Below, piece after piece: positions 37,776-48,322 of a stretch of DNA of 64,000 bases. Source of the stretch: a virus; IMG/VR virus record IMGVR_UViG_3300045911_000062, positions 1 through 64,000 of that record. One strand, 5' to 3'. The notes beneath the pieces are model-generated. The model worked only from the letters and a program-made list of their open reading frames with translations, was not told where the DNA came from and did not search any database. The position numbers and the translations under genes were made by a program. The first letter of the stretch is position 1, and every line of letters begins with the position of its first letter.

Positions 37776-40466
37776 TCACAAACCTATCTCCACTCTTTCG
37801 GCCCATCCTCTTTCTGGTGAATGTCCCCAAAAAACTAATCTATTTGGTTTTTCATTAATAATAAACATTTCTTCATAGTGAATAGTACCATCTCCATTCA
37901 AAAATCTTTTTAGATTTTGTCCATCAATGTATTTTGTATGAATTGGTTTCCCTTCTTTGTCATCAAAAGCTACTAATATAAAATTATAATCGTTTGCTGG
38001 TAATTGTTTTCTATCTATATTAACTAGATGGTAAAATGATTTGTGGAATGATTCTTCCCATTCTCGTTCAGATTTATATGTGTATGGATTTGGCGGAAAA
38101 TTATTTTCCATTGTCCATTTCTGGAAAGCACGTTTTTTGAAATGTATTCCAGCATATTTCTCATAATCACGTAAAGATCTTACTTTTCCTAATGTATATG
38201 GTCCTAGATCGTGACCATTATTTTCTGTTTGTAGTAATTGCCTAATACGAGATCTGGCTATATCTTGTTGCTTCCACCATCTGTTATCTCCTCGTTTATG
38301 ATGATCGTCCCAAACTAAAATTCCAGACCGCTCCTCACGCATTGTTGCATGCCATATAACTACCCTGTGAGGATGAAATAAATCATATCCATGAGTATAG
38401 CTTCTGACTGTTAAATTTATCTCTTCTCCACTAAAAAATATATTAGGATCATGACGAACATCTCTAGCCCATTTATTAGGTCCAAAAGCAAAATGACCGC
38501 TTAAGAATCTTGCTGGATATGGCTTAGTAAGACTCTTCCAATTTTTAACAGCAGTCGGCCTAATAAAAATAGTTCCGAATGGATAAAAACATGCTGCTTC
38601 TGATAACCACGGCTCTTGTACTCTATCTGCCGGATCATTTTTTGGATTATAATATGGCAAATAACCACATATTAAAGGATTATATCCTTCATTCTTTAAT
38701 TCGTAGTACCAAGACAAAAGTGTAATATCCCAATCTTCTTTAAATCTATGGTGAGAATCTAATTGTAAAACAAATTCTTCATCTTCAAGTAAAGTATCAT
38801 TTATTAAAGCTCTTGCATATCCCAATCCTTTAGCTTCTAAGTAATTAATATCTATTATTTTAAATCTGGAATCAGTTCTAAATTCATCTAAATTATCAAA
38901 CCCATCATCTGGATTGAATTGCCTACATATTCCAAAAATTATTCTATCTGGATATTTTGCATTCTTTAGAGCATCCTTTATAGTAGGAACTAACTCTGGC
39001 TCTCTATATGCTGGTAGATGAACCAATATTCTATCAGATTTTATATGTTCATCTATTGATTTTATAATTTGTATTTTATTCTCATCTTGTTTATACTTTA
39101 CATCAATATTAAAATTTATAGTAGGCACTTTTTCTTCAATTTTGTTTTTTTCGTATATGTTTCCTTCTATAATAGATTGCCAACCATGCTCTTTTGAATG
39201 AGGCCATACGATCCACTTATAAGGTTTTTTATCATAATAAAAAGATCTCCAAATTTTACAATAACCATCTGGATCATTTTTCATTCTTTTTATTTCTTCG
39301 GGGTCTATATCTTGACGATGAATCTCTTTGCCATCTTCATCCTTAAATGCTACAACTAAACAGGTATAATCATCATATGGCAACTGATTAAATTGAATAT
39401 CTATGCAATGTTTAAAAAAGTTTAAAAATGAATTATTATAATCTTCTTCATTATCAAACTGTGGATTCGGAGCATAATTATTTTCTAAAGTGTATCTTTG
39501 AACTTTTTTATCACTAAACCTTATTCCCGAATATTTTTCATAATCTTTTAAAGTCCTTTCTGGTCCAAAACCATACTTACCAAACTCTTCAGGGTTATAA
39601 ATTTCACCGTCCATACTAAACAATTTTCTACAACGCAAATGTGCATTAGAATTTAGTTTATGCCAATTTGAATAATCATCCCAATGTTTCTTCAACCCCC
39701 TTCTTGTATAGAAATGCCAAGCGACCACTTTATGAAGATGATATAAATCATACCCCCATGTAAAAGCACGTACTGCAATAGAATGCTCTTCTCCATGGAA
39801 ATATAATTCTGGATCGTGTTGAACCTCTACAGCAAATTCACCCTGAGTAAATGCAAAATGTGCAGAATAAAATCTTGCTGCAACTGGTTCGGTTCTAGAC
39901 TCATAATCATCTATCGTTGCTGGTAAAAAATGCACTATACCTTCTGGACTAAATCTATCAAAATTCATTTTCCATGGTGCTTTGAGCCTGCTATCAGGAT
40001 CATTATCAGGATCATATGATGGTAAATAACAAGTTATTAATGGTTTTTTTGATTTTTTCTTCAATGATTCATATTCATTTATTAAAATACTATCCCATTT
40101 TTCTACAAATCTATGATGAGAATCTAATTGAAGTGTATATTTTTCCCCATTATATTCCTGTTGAATCCTATTTCTCGCCCAGCATGCGCCCTTAGATTCA
40201 GTATATGGGACGTCTAATAAAAGTATAGACGCCCCATCTTTACTTAGTAAGTATTTGTCGAAATCTTTATCGATTTCAGAAAACACCTGCTCTATAATAA
40301 AGTTATTATCTAAAAAATTTTCTACTGATTCATCGTCTGAATGTTGCCAATTTACACAAATCTTTAAATTTTGTGGGTATTCAGCATTTTTTATAATATC
40401 TATTAATGTAGGTATTAATTCGTTATCTCTATAAGATGCAATCTGTACAAAAATTGTATTTTCCAT
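37776..40466 (-). CDS. Tandem double GT60-type (Gnt1/GlcNAc family) polypeptide N-acetylhexosaminyltransferase
   Basis: Two repeats. Domain 1: IFVQIASYRD-EL--T, KGACWAR, LQLDSHHRF, F-GEE, R-FT-GYD, WH. Domain 2: ILVHLPAYRE-EL--T, KGLGYAR, LQLDSHHRF, FSGEE, RSYTHGYD, WH. Confidence 0.8.
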   Translation of the reverse strand: MENTIFVQIASYRDNELIPTLIDIIKNAEYPQNLKICVNWQHSDDESVENFLDNNFIIEQVFSEIDKDFDKYLLSKDGASILLLDVPYTESKGACWARNRIQQEYNGEKYTLQLDSHHRFVEKWDSILINEYESLKKKSKKPLITCYLPSYDPDNDPDSRLKAPWKMNFDRFSPEGIVHFLPATIDDYESRTEPVAARFYSAHFAFTQGEFAVEVQHDPELYFHGEEHSIAVRAFTWGYDLYHLHKVVAWHFYTRRGLKKHWDDYSNWHKLNSNAHLRCRKLFSMDGEIYNPEEFGKYGFGPERTLKDYEKYSGIRFSDKKVQRYTLENNYAPNPQFDNEEDYNNSFLNFFKHCIDIQFNQLPYDDYTCLVVAFKDEDGKEIHRQDIDPEEIKRMKNDPDGYCKIWRSFYYDKKPYKWIVWPHSKEHGWQSIIEGNIYEKNKIEEKVPTINFNIDVKYKQDENKIQIIKSIDEHIKSDRILVHLPAYREPELVPTIKDALKNAKYPDRIIFGICRQFNPDDGFDNLDEFRTDSRFKIIDINYLEAKGLGYARALINDTLLEDEEFVLQLDSHHRFKEDWDITLLSWYYELKNEGYNPLICGYLPYYNPKNDPADRVQEPWLSEAACFYPFGTIFIRPTAVKNWKSLTKPYPARFLSGHFAFGPNKWARDVRHDPNIFFSGEEINLTVRSYTHGYDLFHPHRVVIWHATMREERSGILVWDDHHKRGDNRWWKQQDIARSRIRQLLQTENNGHDLGPYTLGKVRSLRDYEKYAGIHFKKRAFQKWTMENNFPPNPYTYKSEREWEESFHKSFYHLVNIDRKQLPANDYNFILVAFDDKEGKPIHTKYIDGQNLKRFLNGDGTIHYEEMFIINEKPNRLVFWGHSPERGWAERVEIGL

Positions 40467-40523
40467 TATTCACCTAGCATAAAAAAGGGGGTTAAAAATT
40501 TCACTTATATTTTTATTTCTTTA

Positions 40524-40970
40524 TTATGATGAGACTGAACTTTGTTTAGATTTTGTTGTAGTAGCTTCTACTTTAGGAGCTTCTACTTTAGGAGCTTCTT
40601 GCCCAGAAACAGCCATAGATAAAGACATTTGATTATGTGATACACCAAATCCATGTCCTGGGAGAGATGTTTTCCCATTAGTATGTAATACTCGTACTAA
40701 TTGATGATATAAAACCAATGCGTTCTGCCCATTTGGTAAAGTTACTTGACTTAATAAATCCCATAGCTCATAACGATGAGCATCGCGACGTTTAAGTATT
40801 TTTACAAAACGCTCCTTATCAATTTTATCTAAATGCAATGTCTTGATAAAATAAATATCACCATTTGATGGATCTTCACGCATAACTAACACTTCTTGCA
40901 TCACTCCGTCTATCAATATTCTACGTAAGTGATTGTATACTGGTGCTGTTTTTTGTGTAACTCTTGACAT
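40524..40970 (-). CDS. Hypothetical late protein
   Basis: AAGGAG RBS, CATAAATA at 40999-41006 (-) and a short EAPKV duplication. Confidence 0.6.
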   Translation of the reverse strand: MSRVTQKTAPVYNHLRRILIDGVMQEVLVMREDPSNGDIYFIKTLHLDKIDKERFVKILKRRDAHRYELWDLLSQVTLPNGQNALVLYHQLVRVLHTNGKTSLPGHGFGVSHNQMSLSMAVSGQEAPKVEAPKVEATTTKSKQSSVSS

Positions 40971-41022
40971 AATTTCATTTCTCCTTTAGAATTTGAATTA
41001 TTTATGACAGGAAAAAAATATC

Positions 41023-41430
41023 GTGCCGAAAAGAGCTATGTTAGTCCCATATATGAAATGGGAAGAAAAAATATATTTTTTATGCATGAGACCATCCAAC
41101 TCAAAATATGGTGGAACGCATTATCAATTCTGTAAAGGTAGGATAGATGATGGTGAAACATCTAAATCCGCTGCTATAAGAGAGGCTACAGAAGAGCTTG
41201 GCATCAATCCAAACTATGCATCACCATTGGTTTTTGTAAATCGGGTAATGAATGGTACATGCGATCTATACATATGTGAATATAATTATAATTCATATCC
41301 AGAAACTACGGAAGAAACGTTACACACTGCTTTCTTGTCTGAAGAAGAATTTATGTTAATAGGTCGCGATTGGCAAAAGCCAATCGCAAAAATGATATCA
41401 AATTTTATAAATCAACAGAAACTAATTTAG
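41023..41430 (+). CDS. NUDIX hydrolase
   Basis: Nudix box KGRIDDGETSKSAAIREATEELG, GTG start. Confidence 0.88.
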   Translation: MPKRAMLVPYMKWEEKIYFLCMRPSNSKYGGTHYQFCKGRIDDGETSKSAAIREATEELGINPNYASPLVFVNRVMNGTCDLYICEYNYNSYPETTEETLHTAFLSEEEFMLIGRDWQKPIAKMISNFINQQKLI

Positions 41431-42340
41431 TATCTAGATCCATTATTAAGCTATATACGTTGTATAATTCATAATCTCCCTGTTCCCCACCCCAATACTC
41501 TTGACCATATCTAGAAACAATAATTTTATAATTAAAACCATCTTCATATTCATAAATTTTAATTAGTTTGAATTGGTGATACCTAGCATACTCAAGAATT
41601 TTTTCCAGTTTAACATTAGTTATATCAATCTTAAATACATTATGTGGCATGTTGTAATATTTTGCAATAAACAAATATTTTGTAGAACTTATTTCTTCAA
41701 TTATTCTGTCTAAATGATCGTACCCAAGAAATTGTTTCCAAGAAATCCAATTTTTTCTGTAATGTAAGTCTGGCCTTCTTGGTATGCCTTTTGGACATTT
41801 TCCGTTTTTACAAAGTTCCTTCCAATCTTCGTATCGTTTCAGTCCTAACTTTCTAACAACTGCAACAGCATCGTCATATTTCATATATTTTCTATTTTTT
41901 GCTTGTTGTATAATAGAAAGATTATTTGTTCCTAAATAATAGTTCCATCCCTTCCAATAATGTTTATAAATTTGATCTGGATTTCTTGGTATTTTTGAAG
42001 GTCTGTTGAATTTATACCATTTTATATACTGTTTTATAGAACCTATGTTTTCTTCCAATATAATAGCCCTAGCCTTTTCGTATGGTAATGATGTTCTTTT
42101 TCTCCCTGGTTTCTTTTTTAGATGTTCTGGAATTCTTTTGTACACCCTTTTTTTGGGAGGTACTTTTAAATGGTCTGGTTTTTTTGGTCGGCCACGCGGC
42201 CTGCCAGTTGGCACATAGGGGGTTCTTCCTTTCTTATTAGGATTAGGCGGCCTTCCTACTGGTCGTTTAACAACCTTTTTTTCAATTTCTGTAATAGGCA
42301 TATCATTACCTATTTCGATAACATCTTCTTTATCTAACAT
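41405..42340 (-). CDS. DNA-binding protein with multiple AT-hooks and two integrase-repeat-like units
   Basis: RPVGRPP, GRPRGRPK and KKPGRKR, plus two Y--A...W...P--IP--P---Y---W--W--FLG units. Confidence 0.7.
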   Translation of the reverse strand: MLDKEDVIEIGNDMPITEIEKKVVKRPVGRPPNPNKKGRTPYVPTGRPRGRPKKPDHLKVPPKKRVYKRIPEHLKKKPGRKRTSLPYEKARAIILEENIGSIKQYIKWYKFNRPSKIPRNPDQIYKHYWKGWNYYLGTNNLSIIQQAKNRKYMKYDDAVAVVRKLGLKRYEDWKELCKNGKCPKGIPRRPDLHYRKNWISWKQFLGYDHLDRIIEEISSTKYLFIAKYYNMPHNVFKIDITNVKLEKILEYARYHQFKLIKIYEYEDGFNYKIIVSRYGQEYWGGEQGDYELYNVYSLIMDLDTKLVSVDL

Positions 42341-42376
42341 ATCCCCATCTTTTTGTTTTTCTCATAAATATATTGC

Positions 42377-42835
42377 ATGGATATTAGAAAATTATCACTA
42401 CATTTAGCTGAATCTGTTGATGCGTGGAGAGTTGTTCCCCGCATGATATTAGTTTGCTATGCTTGGCTAGTAAATCAACTATATTTATGGTATACAAAAA
42501 TACCGACATATGTGCAAGAGAAATGTGATGCTGCCATTCTACAAATATTCACAGAAGCAGGAATGGAATTGGAAAAAGCTCAAAAACTTGCATGTACGGT
42601 TATAGATGTGGTCGGAGGGCCGACCCCTGCACAATCTGCGTTCGTGACTACAATCATTGGGTTATCAACTGGTATATTTGGTCTATATGCGTCTACGGGA
42701 CGAAAATGGGATAAAAGTGAATCACAAATAAACATAGTCCCATACGCTCCACCTACTGATGTTCCTTCAGAACAACCTATTGTTAAAAACAAAAAATCTT
42801 ATAATGATCAAGAAGATACTGGACCAAAACCATAA
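42377..42835 (+). CDS. Putative holin-like membrane protein
   Basis: D-WR--PR motif and two hydrophobic helices. CATAAATA ends 6 nt before the ATG. Confidence 0.5.
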   Translation: MDIRKLSLHLAESVDAWRVVPRMILVCYAWLVNQLYLWYTKIPTYVQEKCDAAILQIFTEAGMELEKAQKLACTVIDVVGGPTPAQSAFVTTIIGLSTGIFGLYASTGRKWDKSESQINIVPYAPPTDVPSEQPIVKNKKSYNDQEDTGPKP

Positions 42836-42836
42836 A

Positions 42837-43769
42837 TTACTTTTTGCCAAGTAATAAGCCAGTAAAGTTAGATAAATTTTCTGAAATGTTTTTTAAGCCC
42901 GCATGATTACAAAATTTCATAAATTCTATCATGTTGTAACGTGATCTATCTGTTTTCTTAACAGTTTGACGTATTAGCTCTTTTATTTCATCAGGCTGAG
43001 AATCGAGATCCATTAATAAGATATTTTCATTGAATAAATCAACAGTTTTGAAATTTTTCTTTTTTAAATCACCATTTTCATCAAAATATTCAACTTCAAA
43101 AGTATGTTGTAAAATATTTTCTAACGTATAATCATCGGTATACGCTTTTTTAATTTTATCTGAACGCAAACGTGGATATGATGACATAACATTATCACCA
43201 GCATCTCCACGGAAACATTTTTGAAACATGAAATAATCTACATCAAAATCATATTCCTCAAGTGTTTTGGGTTTATCTTTAATAGGATCATAAACAATAA
43301 CATTATCATATTTTAATAATTGAAGTAAATCATTATCACCGGATAATATTATATGTGTATCATCTGGATATTCAGCAACAAACCCTGCTATTATATCATC
43401 TGCTTCTAATTTTTCTTTTTCTAATACTAGAATTCCAGTTTTTTCTTTAAGAATAGATTTAAAGTATTTAATGTGATCATCGAATATTTTTAATTCATTT
43501 ATTTGATTTTCTGTTAAATTTTTTCTACGATTTGCTTTGTACTTTTTAATAGTAATACACTTATCACTAGAAGTATACTCTTTCCTCCAAGAAAAACTAT
43601 CAAATACACATACAACATTATCTGGAAAAAACTTCTTAAAGTACATATTCATGGATGTTAATGCTTTATGTAGCCCTAATGCAATCATAGTTTCTGCATC
43701 AAGATCTTCACGTATAGAAAAAAATGTTCTATATAATAAATGATGTGTATCAAATATTAAATGTTTCAT
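42837..43769 (-). CDS. rnh: RNase H / 5'-3' exonuclease (T4 rnh-like)
   Basis: FD, WRK, YKANR, LEADD, SGD-D-QL and GD-GDNV motifs. Confidence 0.92.
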   Translation of the reverse strand: MKHLIFDTHHLLYRTFFSIREDLDAETMIALGLHKALTSMNMYFKKFFPDNVVCVFDSFSWRKEYTSSDKCITIKKYKANRRKNLTENQINELKIFDDHIKYFKSILKEKTGILVLEKEKLEADDIIAGFVAEYPDDTHIILSGDNDLLQLLKYDNVIVYDPIKDKPKTLEEYDFDVDYFMFQKCFRGDAGDNVMSSYPRLRSDKIKKAYTDDYTLENILQHTFEVEYFDENGDLKKKNFKTVDLFNENILLMDLDSQPDEIKELIRQTVKKTDRSRYNMIEFMKFCNHAGLKNISENLSNFTGLLLGKK

Positions 43770-44281
43770 TGATTAGCTAATTCTTTTAACCATAATTCTA
43801 CCACTTGTGATTCATCTTCTGCAGTAAATCCATTTTTCCTAAGCATAGAAATAAAAGAATCATTCCAATCTAGAGACAATTTAAATTTGCCGTCATTATC
43901 ATCCCACATATCACCAACTATGCTTACCCATGGCTCTTTAGACTTTTTTTTATGTTCAATAACGATATCATTAGTTTTATCTAATATTTCTGATATTTTT
44001 TGCTTTCCGTCATCAGTAGTCGTTAACCTGACTAATATTTTATCTATTATATTTAATATTAAATCGTCCTTATTTACTATCTTTTCTATTAAAGAATTAT
44101 ATATAGAGTCCACAAACTCATTCTTTTTCTGTGATATGAGATCATCATATTCGCTTACCGACTGAATATTTTCTAAAAGTTCTGCTATGTAAGCACCTTT
44201 ATTTTTTGCAATACTATCTGCAAGATCTTTTATAAATTTATTGTCTTTTAGAAGTTTTTCTTTATTTAAAAGCATATTCAT
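43766..44281 (-). CDS. Hypothetical protein
   Basis: EPWV...LDWN--FI--L---G motif, in the replication block. Confidence 0.6.
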   Translation of the reverse strand: MNMLLNKEKLLKDNKFIKDLADSIAKNKGAYIAELLENIQSVSEYDDLISQKKNEFVDSIYNSLIEKIVNKDDLILNIIDKILVRLTTTDDGKQKISEILDKTNDIVIEHKKKSKEPWVSIVGDMWDDNDGKFKLSLDWNDSFISMLRKNGFTAEDESQVVELWLKELANQ

Positions 44282-44285
44282 CCCT

Positions 44286-44999
44286 TTATAATTCTGCTAT
44301 TGTATATACGGTAATGCCTTTTGATTGCGTTATCATAAATCCACGTTTTGTTATTTTTACATTCCTATAATTCGCTAACACTGCATCACGGATAAGTCTG
44401 GATATCTTCTTTGTGGAATAAACAAAATTAAATTCATCAACACTACCATCATCATTCCATGTGATTTTGGATTCCGTTTCGTGTTCTAACACATCTCTAT
44501 TTTCATCTTCAACTTTTAATAATAATCCAGGTGTAGATTTCTTTCCTATTAAGGAAATCGTTTTTGTATCCATCGCGGTAGTAACTCTATTAAGAACTGT
44601 TAAAGTTTCGGCATCCATATCGAATGAAAACCAAACTGGATCATTTACCCTGACTGGAAATTTTACTTTTTCAGGATCTATACATCTAAATTCGATTTTT
44701 GTTCTTTTACTTTTAAATGTAAGTTTTGTTATTTTCTTTCCATCATCATCGTAAAAGACATCATAATGTGACAGGTTATCAACCATTGCTAAACGTTTTT
44801 TTAACGAATCTAATCTAGAAACAGCCAATGGAGGAAAAGAAAATTTCTCAGGCATCTCTTGTAATATAAATATTCCAACTTCTGAAGAATACCCACCTAT
44901 TCTGTTTTCTTTAAATGATATATCAGTAATCTCATTCGAATGAGCTATATCGATTGTTTTTCTAATAAGTTCTATATCTTGTTGTGATAGTTTATTCAT
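44286..44999 (-). CDS. Probable sliding clamp (gp45-like)
   Basis: 237-aa alpha/beta protein immediately downstream of the DNA polymerase. Call rests on size and synteny. Confidence 0.55.
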   Translation of the reverse strand: MNKLSQQDIELIRKTIDIAHSNEITDISFKENRIGGYSSEVGIFILQEMPEKFSFPPLAVSRLDSLKKRLAMVDNLSHYDVFYDDDGKKITKLTFKSKRTKIEFRCIDPEKVKFPVRVNDPVWFSFDMDAETLTVLNRVTTAMDTKTISLIGKKSTPGLLLKVEDENRDVLEHETESKITWNDDGSVDEFNFVYSTKKISRLIRDAVLANYRNVKITKRGFMITQSKGITVYTIAEL

Positions 45000-47612
45000 T
45001 TATTCAAATTCCACTAAGTCTTGTACTAACAATGTTTTTCGTGTTGGTAACTCTTCACCAATTGCATCTAATAAAGGTTTACATACTTGATCTATCACGC
45101 GAACAATCTGTTCGTCTCTATCTATTAGAGGTTCAATCTGTTCTGTGAACCATTTTGGTATGTTTTTTAAATCTACTGGAATGGCAATTGATTTAAAGTT
45201 TCCAATTTTCTTTTTGAGATAAAAAGTTTTTATTCTCATTCCAGACAATATTTTCATAGATTCTTTATCATTATTGGCTTCCAAACATTTATTCCAATGT
45301 ATTGCGGCCATTGCATGCCCTGTAATTGTAACACCCTTTTGTCCGTTTTGATAGTATTGAATATATTCATCTAATTTGTTAACACGTTTGGGGAGTCCTA
45401 ATCTATCAAGATCTAATTTTTCTGCATTTAATAATTTTTCCCTCTGTTCCAAAATAGAAAGGCCCACAGACTTCCAAGGCTCTCCTTTTAAGAATCTTTC
45501 AAAATGTTGAGACAACATTTTACGAATTAACTTAGGAGTATTAGTCTTTTTAATTTGTAACCCTTTTGTTACCATTTTATCAACTTTAATGCCATCTTTT
45601 TCCACTATGTGCATCATATAATTTTTCTTACCTTTCGTAAAAATACATCGGTCAGAAATAGTTTCTTGAGAAACTTTAAATATATTTAAATAATCTTCAC
45701 TTAATAGAAAATGTTCTTGTGAAAAGGAATTAAAAGAACTATTAATAAAATCTGCAATATCTTTCGCCTTTTTTGAACATGCTTCATAATTATTTTCTAA
45801 GGTTTTGAAAAGATTAGAGTCTGTATCGCCAGCTATAACATACTCATTAGGATATACATATTTCCCATCTAAAAACTTAGATATAGATTTTGCCATGTGA
45901 TATAATATCTGTCTGCCAGTCTTAGTCGTAGATTCTGCCATTCTTACATCGAAGAATCTAAAAAACCTATTTCCACATGCGCCATAAGTCGAGTTCAATT
46001 TTAATTTGAACACTTTCTGCATAAGATCATATAATTTATGTTCGTCTTGATATTTTTTAGCAGTATTAGGATCTGTAGATTCCAGTTCTAGGAATTTTTT
46101 CTCAAATTCTTCCGACTTATTTTTAAACTGTTTTCTCTTACTAAACCATTCCTTTAATAAGGATGGAATTATCCCCTTTTTATCTAAGTTAAAAACTGTA
46201 CCATACCCACTTATAGAACAATTCATCTCTCTTAATAAAGAATTCCATTCCTTACCAGTCAAAAATTCTACACTACCGTCTTCAAATATGAATGATAATT
46301 TTTTATCAGTTTTTTGTATAACATTCTCATATGCTATATCGGTATCAGTAAACTGTCCAACCAATGTATCAAAACTTATATTAACAGACATCATTGATGA
46401 TGGATATAATGAATTTACATCGATTGAACCAACCCATTCGTGCAAACCAACAATAGGATTGAGAACGAATGCACCACCAAACTTTTTATCAGAGGTCTCT
46501 CCATCTATTTCTTTATCATTTACAACAATATTTAAAGTATGATGGCAATAATTTATTATTGCCATCTCCGTTAAACGTATAGTTCCTAAAACATCATTCA
46601 ATAGACCTGTATCCATATGATACATTAAAATTGCTAATTTAATGTAGCCAAATTTTTCCTCAAAACCTTTCAAAATTTCACAGTCTCTAATATTATATCT
46701 TAGAAAAAAGTTAAAGTCATTTTTATACAAATCTGCTAAACTTCCTTCGTATTCTAATTTTGGTAAATCAGGAAGTTTCTCTTCTGCGACAGCCTCTAAA
46801 GCAAAAGAGTCACGTTCTCCTGGCTCAAATTTAATCATTACTAACATCAAATCTATAAGACACCTACCAGAAGTTACTAATACTGGGTTTACCTTTCCTA
46901 AAGTATCTTGCTTATCTTTTAAATATGGTTTTCTGGCTTTATCAAAAGATAATTTATTAACTATTTCTTCACCACATACCATTTTCAAACGTTGATATAT
47001 GTATATGTCATCGAAACCTTCGCTATTCCATCCAGATAATATATCAACGTCTTCTAATTCATCAATAAATGATAATAATAATTCTTTCTCCGTATAAAAA
47101 AGTCTTATTTCTGCTAATTGCAATACTTCTTTTGAAACATGTTTCATTTTGAAATTTTTATCTGGAGGAACAGCTAATACAAGCATCTTTCCTGTATGTA
47201 CTGAATATAAAGATATTGCATTAATTGGTGCGTATGGTTCATTGTATATGTCTGGCATGCCCCTCGTTTTGTCGTAGTCTATTTCTATATCATAGAATGC
47301 TACATTAAGGTTTGTAGTAGATTTATTATTAAAATAATGCTGTGACAATACTTTATATTCTAAAGGGATATCAGACTCCCATAATTTTTTTCCTTGCGCT
47401 TTTAATTTTTTTGCAGAATCGTAATAATCATTATAATTGTCAAACTCTAATTTTGCTAGTTTTGTTCCTTTATAGTCACGATATTTTCCATTAGGATCTT
47501 CCAAATAGAAATATAAAGGGGAAGGATATTCTTTAATAATCCTTCCCTGATCTGTTCTCTCCCACACCTTTACGTGGGATCTATCATAACTTGCTTGTGC
47601 AGAAATATACAT
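45000..47612 (-). CDS. Family B DNA polymerase (gp43-like)
   Basis: Exonuclease motifs DIE, GWNSEGFD and YNIRD. Polymerase motifs DVNSLYPS, K-KLNSTYG and GDTDS. No intein. Confidence 0.97.
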   Translation of the reverse strand: MYISAQASYDRSHVKVWERTDQGRIIKEYPSPLYFYLEDPNGKYRDYKGTKLAKLEFDNYNDYYDSAKKLKAQGKKLWESDIPLEYKVLSQHYFNNKSTTNLNVAFYDIEIDYDKTRGMPDIYNEPYAPINAISLYSVHTGKMLVLAVPPDKNFKMKHVSKEVLQLAEIRLFYTEKELLLSFIDELEDVDILSGWNSEGFDDIYIYQRLKMVCGEEIVNKLSFDKARKPYLKDKQDTLGKVNPVLVTSGRCLIDLMLVMIKFEPGERDSFALEAVAEEKLPDLPKLEYEGSLADLYKNDFNFFLRYNIRDCEILKGFEEKFGYIKLAILMYHMDTGLLNDVLGTIRLTEMAIINYCHHTLNIVVNDKEIDGETSDKKFGGAFVLNPIVGLHEWVGSIDVNSLYPSSMMSVNISFDTLVGQFTDTDIAYENVIQKTDKKLSFIFEDGSVEFLTGKEWNSLLREMNCSISGYGTVFNLDKKGIIPSLLKEWFSKRKQFKNKSEEFEKKFLELESTDPNTAKKYQDEHKLYDLMQKVFKLKLNSTYGACGNRFFRFFDVRMAESTTKTGRQILYHMAKSISKFLDGKYVYPNEYVIAGDTDSNLFKTLENNYEACSKKAKDIADFINSSFNSFSQEHFLLSEDYLNIFKVSQETISDRCIFTKGKKNYMMHIVEKDGIKVDKMVTKGLQIKKTNTPKLIRKMLSQHFERFLKGEPWKSVGLSILEQREKLLNAEKLDLDRLGLPKRVNKLDEYIQYYQNGQKGVTITGHAMAAIHWNKCLEANNDKESMKILSGMRIKTFYLKKKIGNFKSIAIPVDLKNIPKWFTEQIEPLIDRDEQIVRVIDQVCKPLLDAIGEELPTRKTLLVQDLVEFE

Positions 47613-47623
47613 TTAAAATGCCG

Positions 47624-47932
47624 TCACTCCGTTTCGCTTACAGACTCTTTAAATAGTCTAGTATATACTTCTCCAAAGATTGTATTCTCATGATCAAGGT
47701 CATCAAAATTTTGCTTATTAAAAGTTACAGCCATTTTCTTTGCAACAGCTTTTGGAATCTTAAATCCAACTTCGATGTCTTCGCATCTGTCAGATATTTT
47801 TTCTCGGGTATCTTTAATAACTTCTATTAAGCCTGAAATTTCAAATAATATATTTCTTAATGCTTTAATATCTTCTTCTTTAGTTGGCATTACAAAAGTA
47901 TCTACTACTTTTTCTTTCTTTGGTCTTGGCAT
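47624..47932 (-). CDS. T4 DsbA-like double-stranded DNA-binding protein
   Basis: Size and helical pattern EIS......I...FKIPK...KKM...F-KQNF. Confidence 0.65.
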   Translation of the reverse strand: MPRPKKEKVVDTFVMPTKEEDIKALRNILFEISGLIEVIKDTREKISDRCEDIEVGFKIPKAVAKKMAVTFNKQNFDDLDHENTIFGEVYTRLFKESVSETE

Positions 47933-47992
47933 TTTGATAAATCCTCTATTGTCCAGTCATGATAAACCGATTCAGAAGAAATATCAACCACC

Positions 47993-48319
47993 TCAATACA
48001 AAGAATACCACATCCCAACAAAGTTATGTTTATTATATTTTATTTTAAAAACATTAACGTTATTAAACGAATCAAAAGATAGCATTAGATAACAATCTAG
48101 TAGCTCCAAACTATAATTATTATAATGAATTAATATTTCGTCAAATTTATTTGTTATTTCAAATTGATAGGTATGGTTTTTATCTAATAAAATTAATTCA
48201 TATAAAGTTATAAAATTAGTATCTGCATCTTTCGTTATTAATTTTTCCTCTTTTATATCTGCATGAATTTCATATATTTTTTTATTTTGTGTTAATATTA
48301 TTTTTGCTGGTTTTTTCAT
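47993..48319 (-). CDS. Hypothetical protein
   Basis: 108-aa ORF within the operon. Confidence 0.5.
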   Translation of the reverse strand: MKKPAKIILTQNKKIYEIHADIKEEKLITKDADTNFITLYELILLDKNHTYQFEITNKFDEILIHYNNYSLELLDCYLMLSFDSFNNVNVFKIKYNKHNFVGMWYSLY

Positions 48320-48322
48320 AAT

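Noticed and set aside
17223-47612. Introns or inteins in nrdA, nrdB, thyA or the DNA polymerase
   Set aside because: All have normal length and contiguous motifs.
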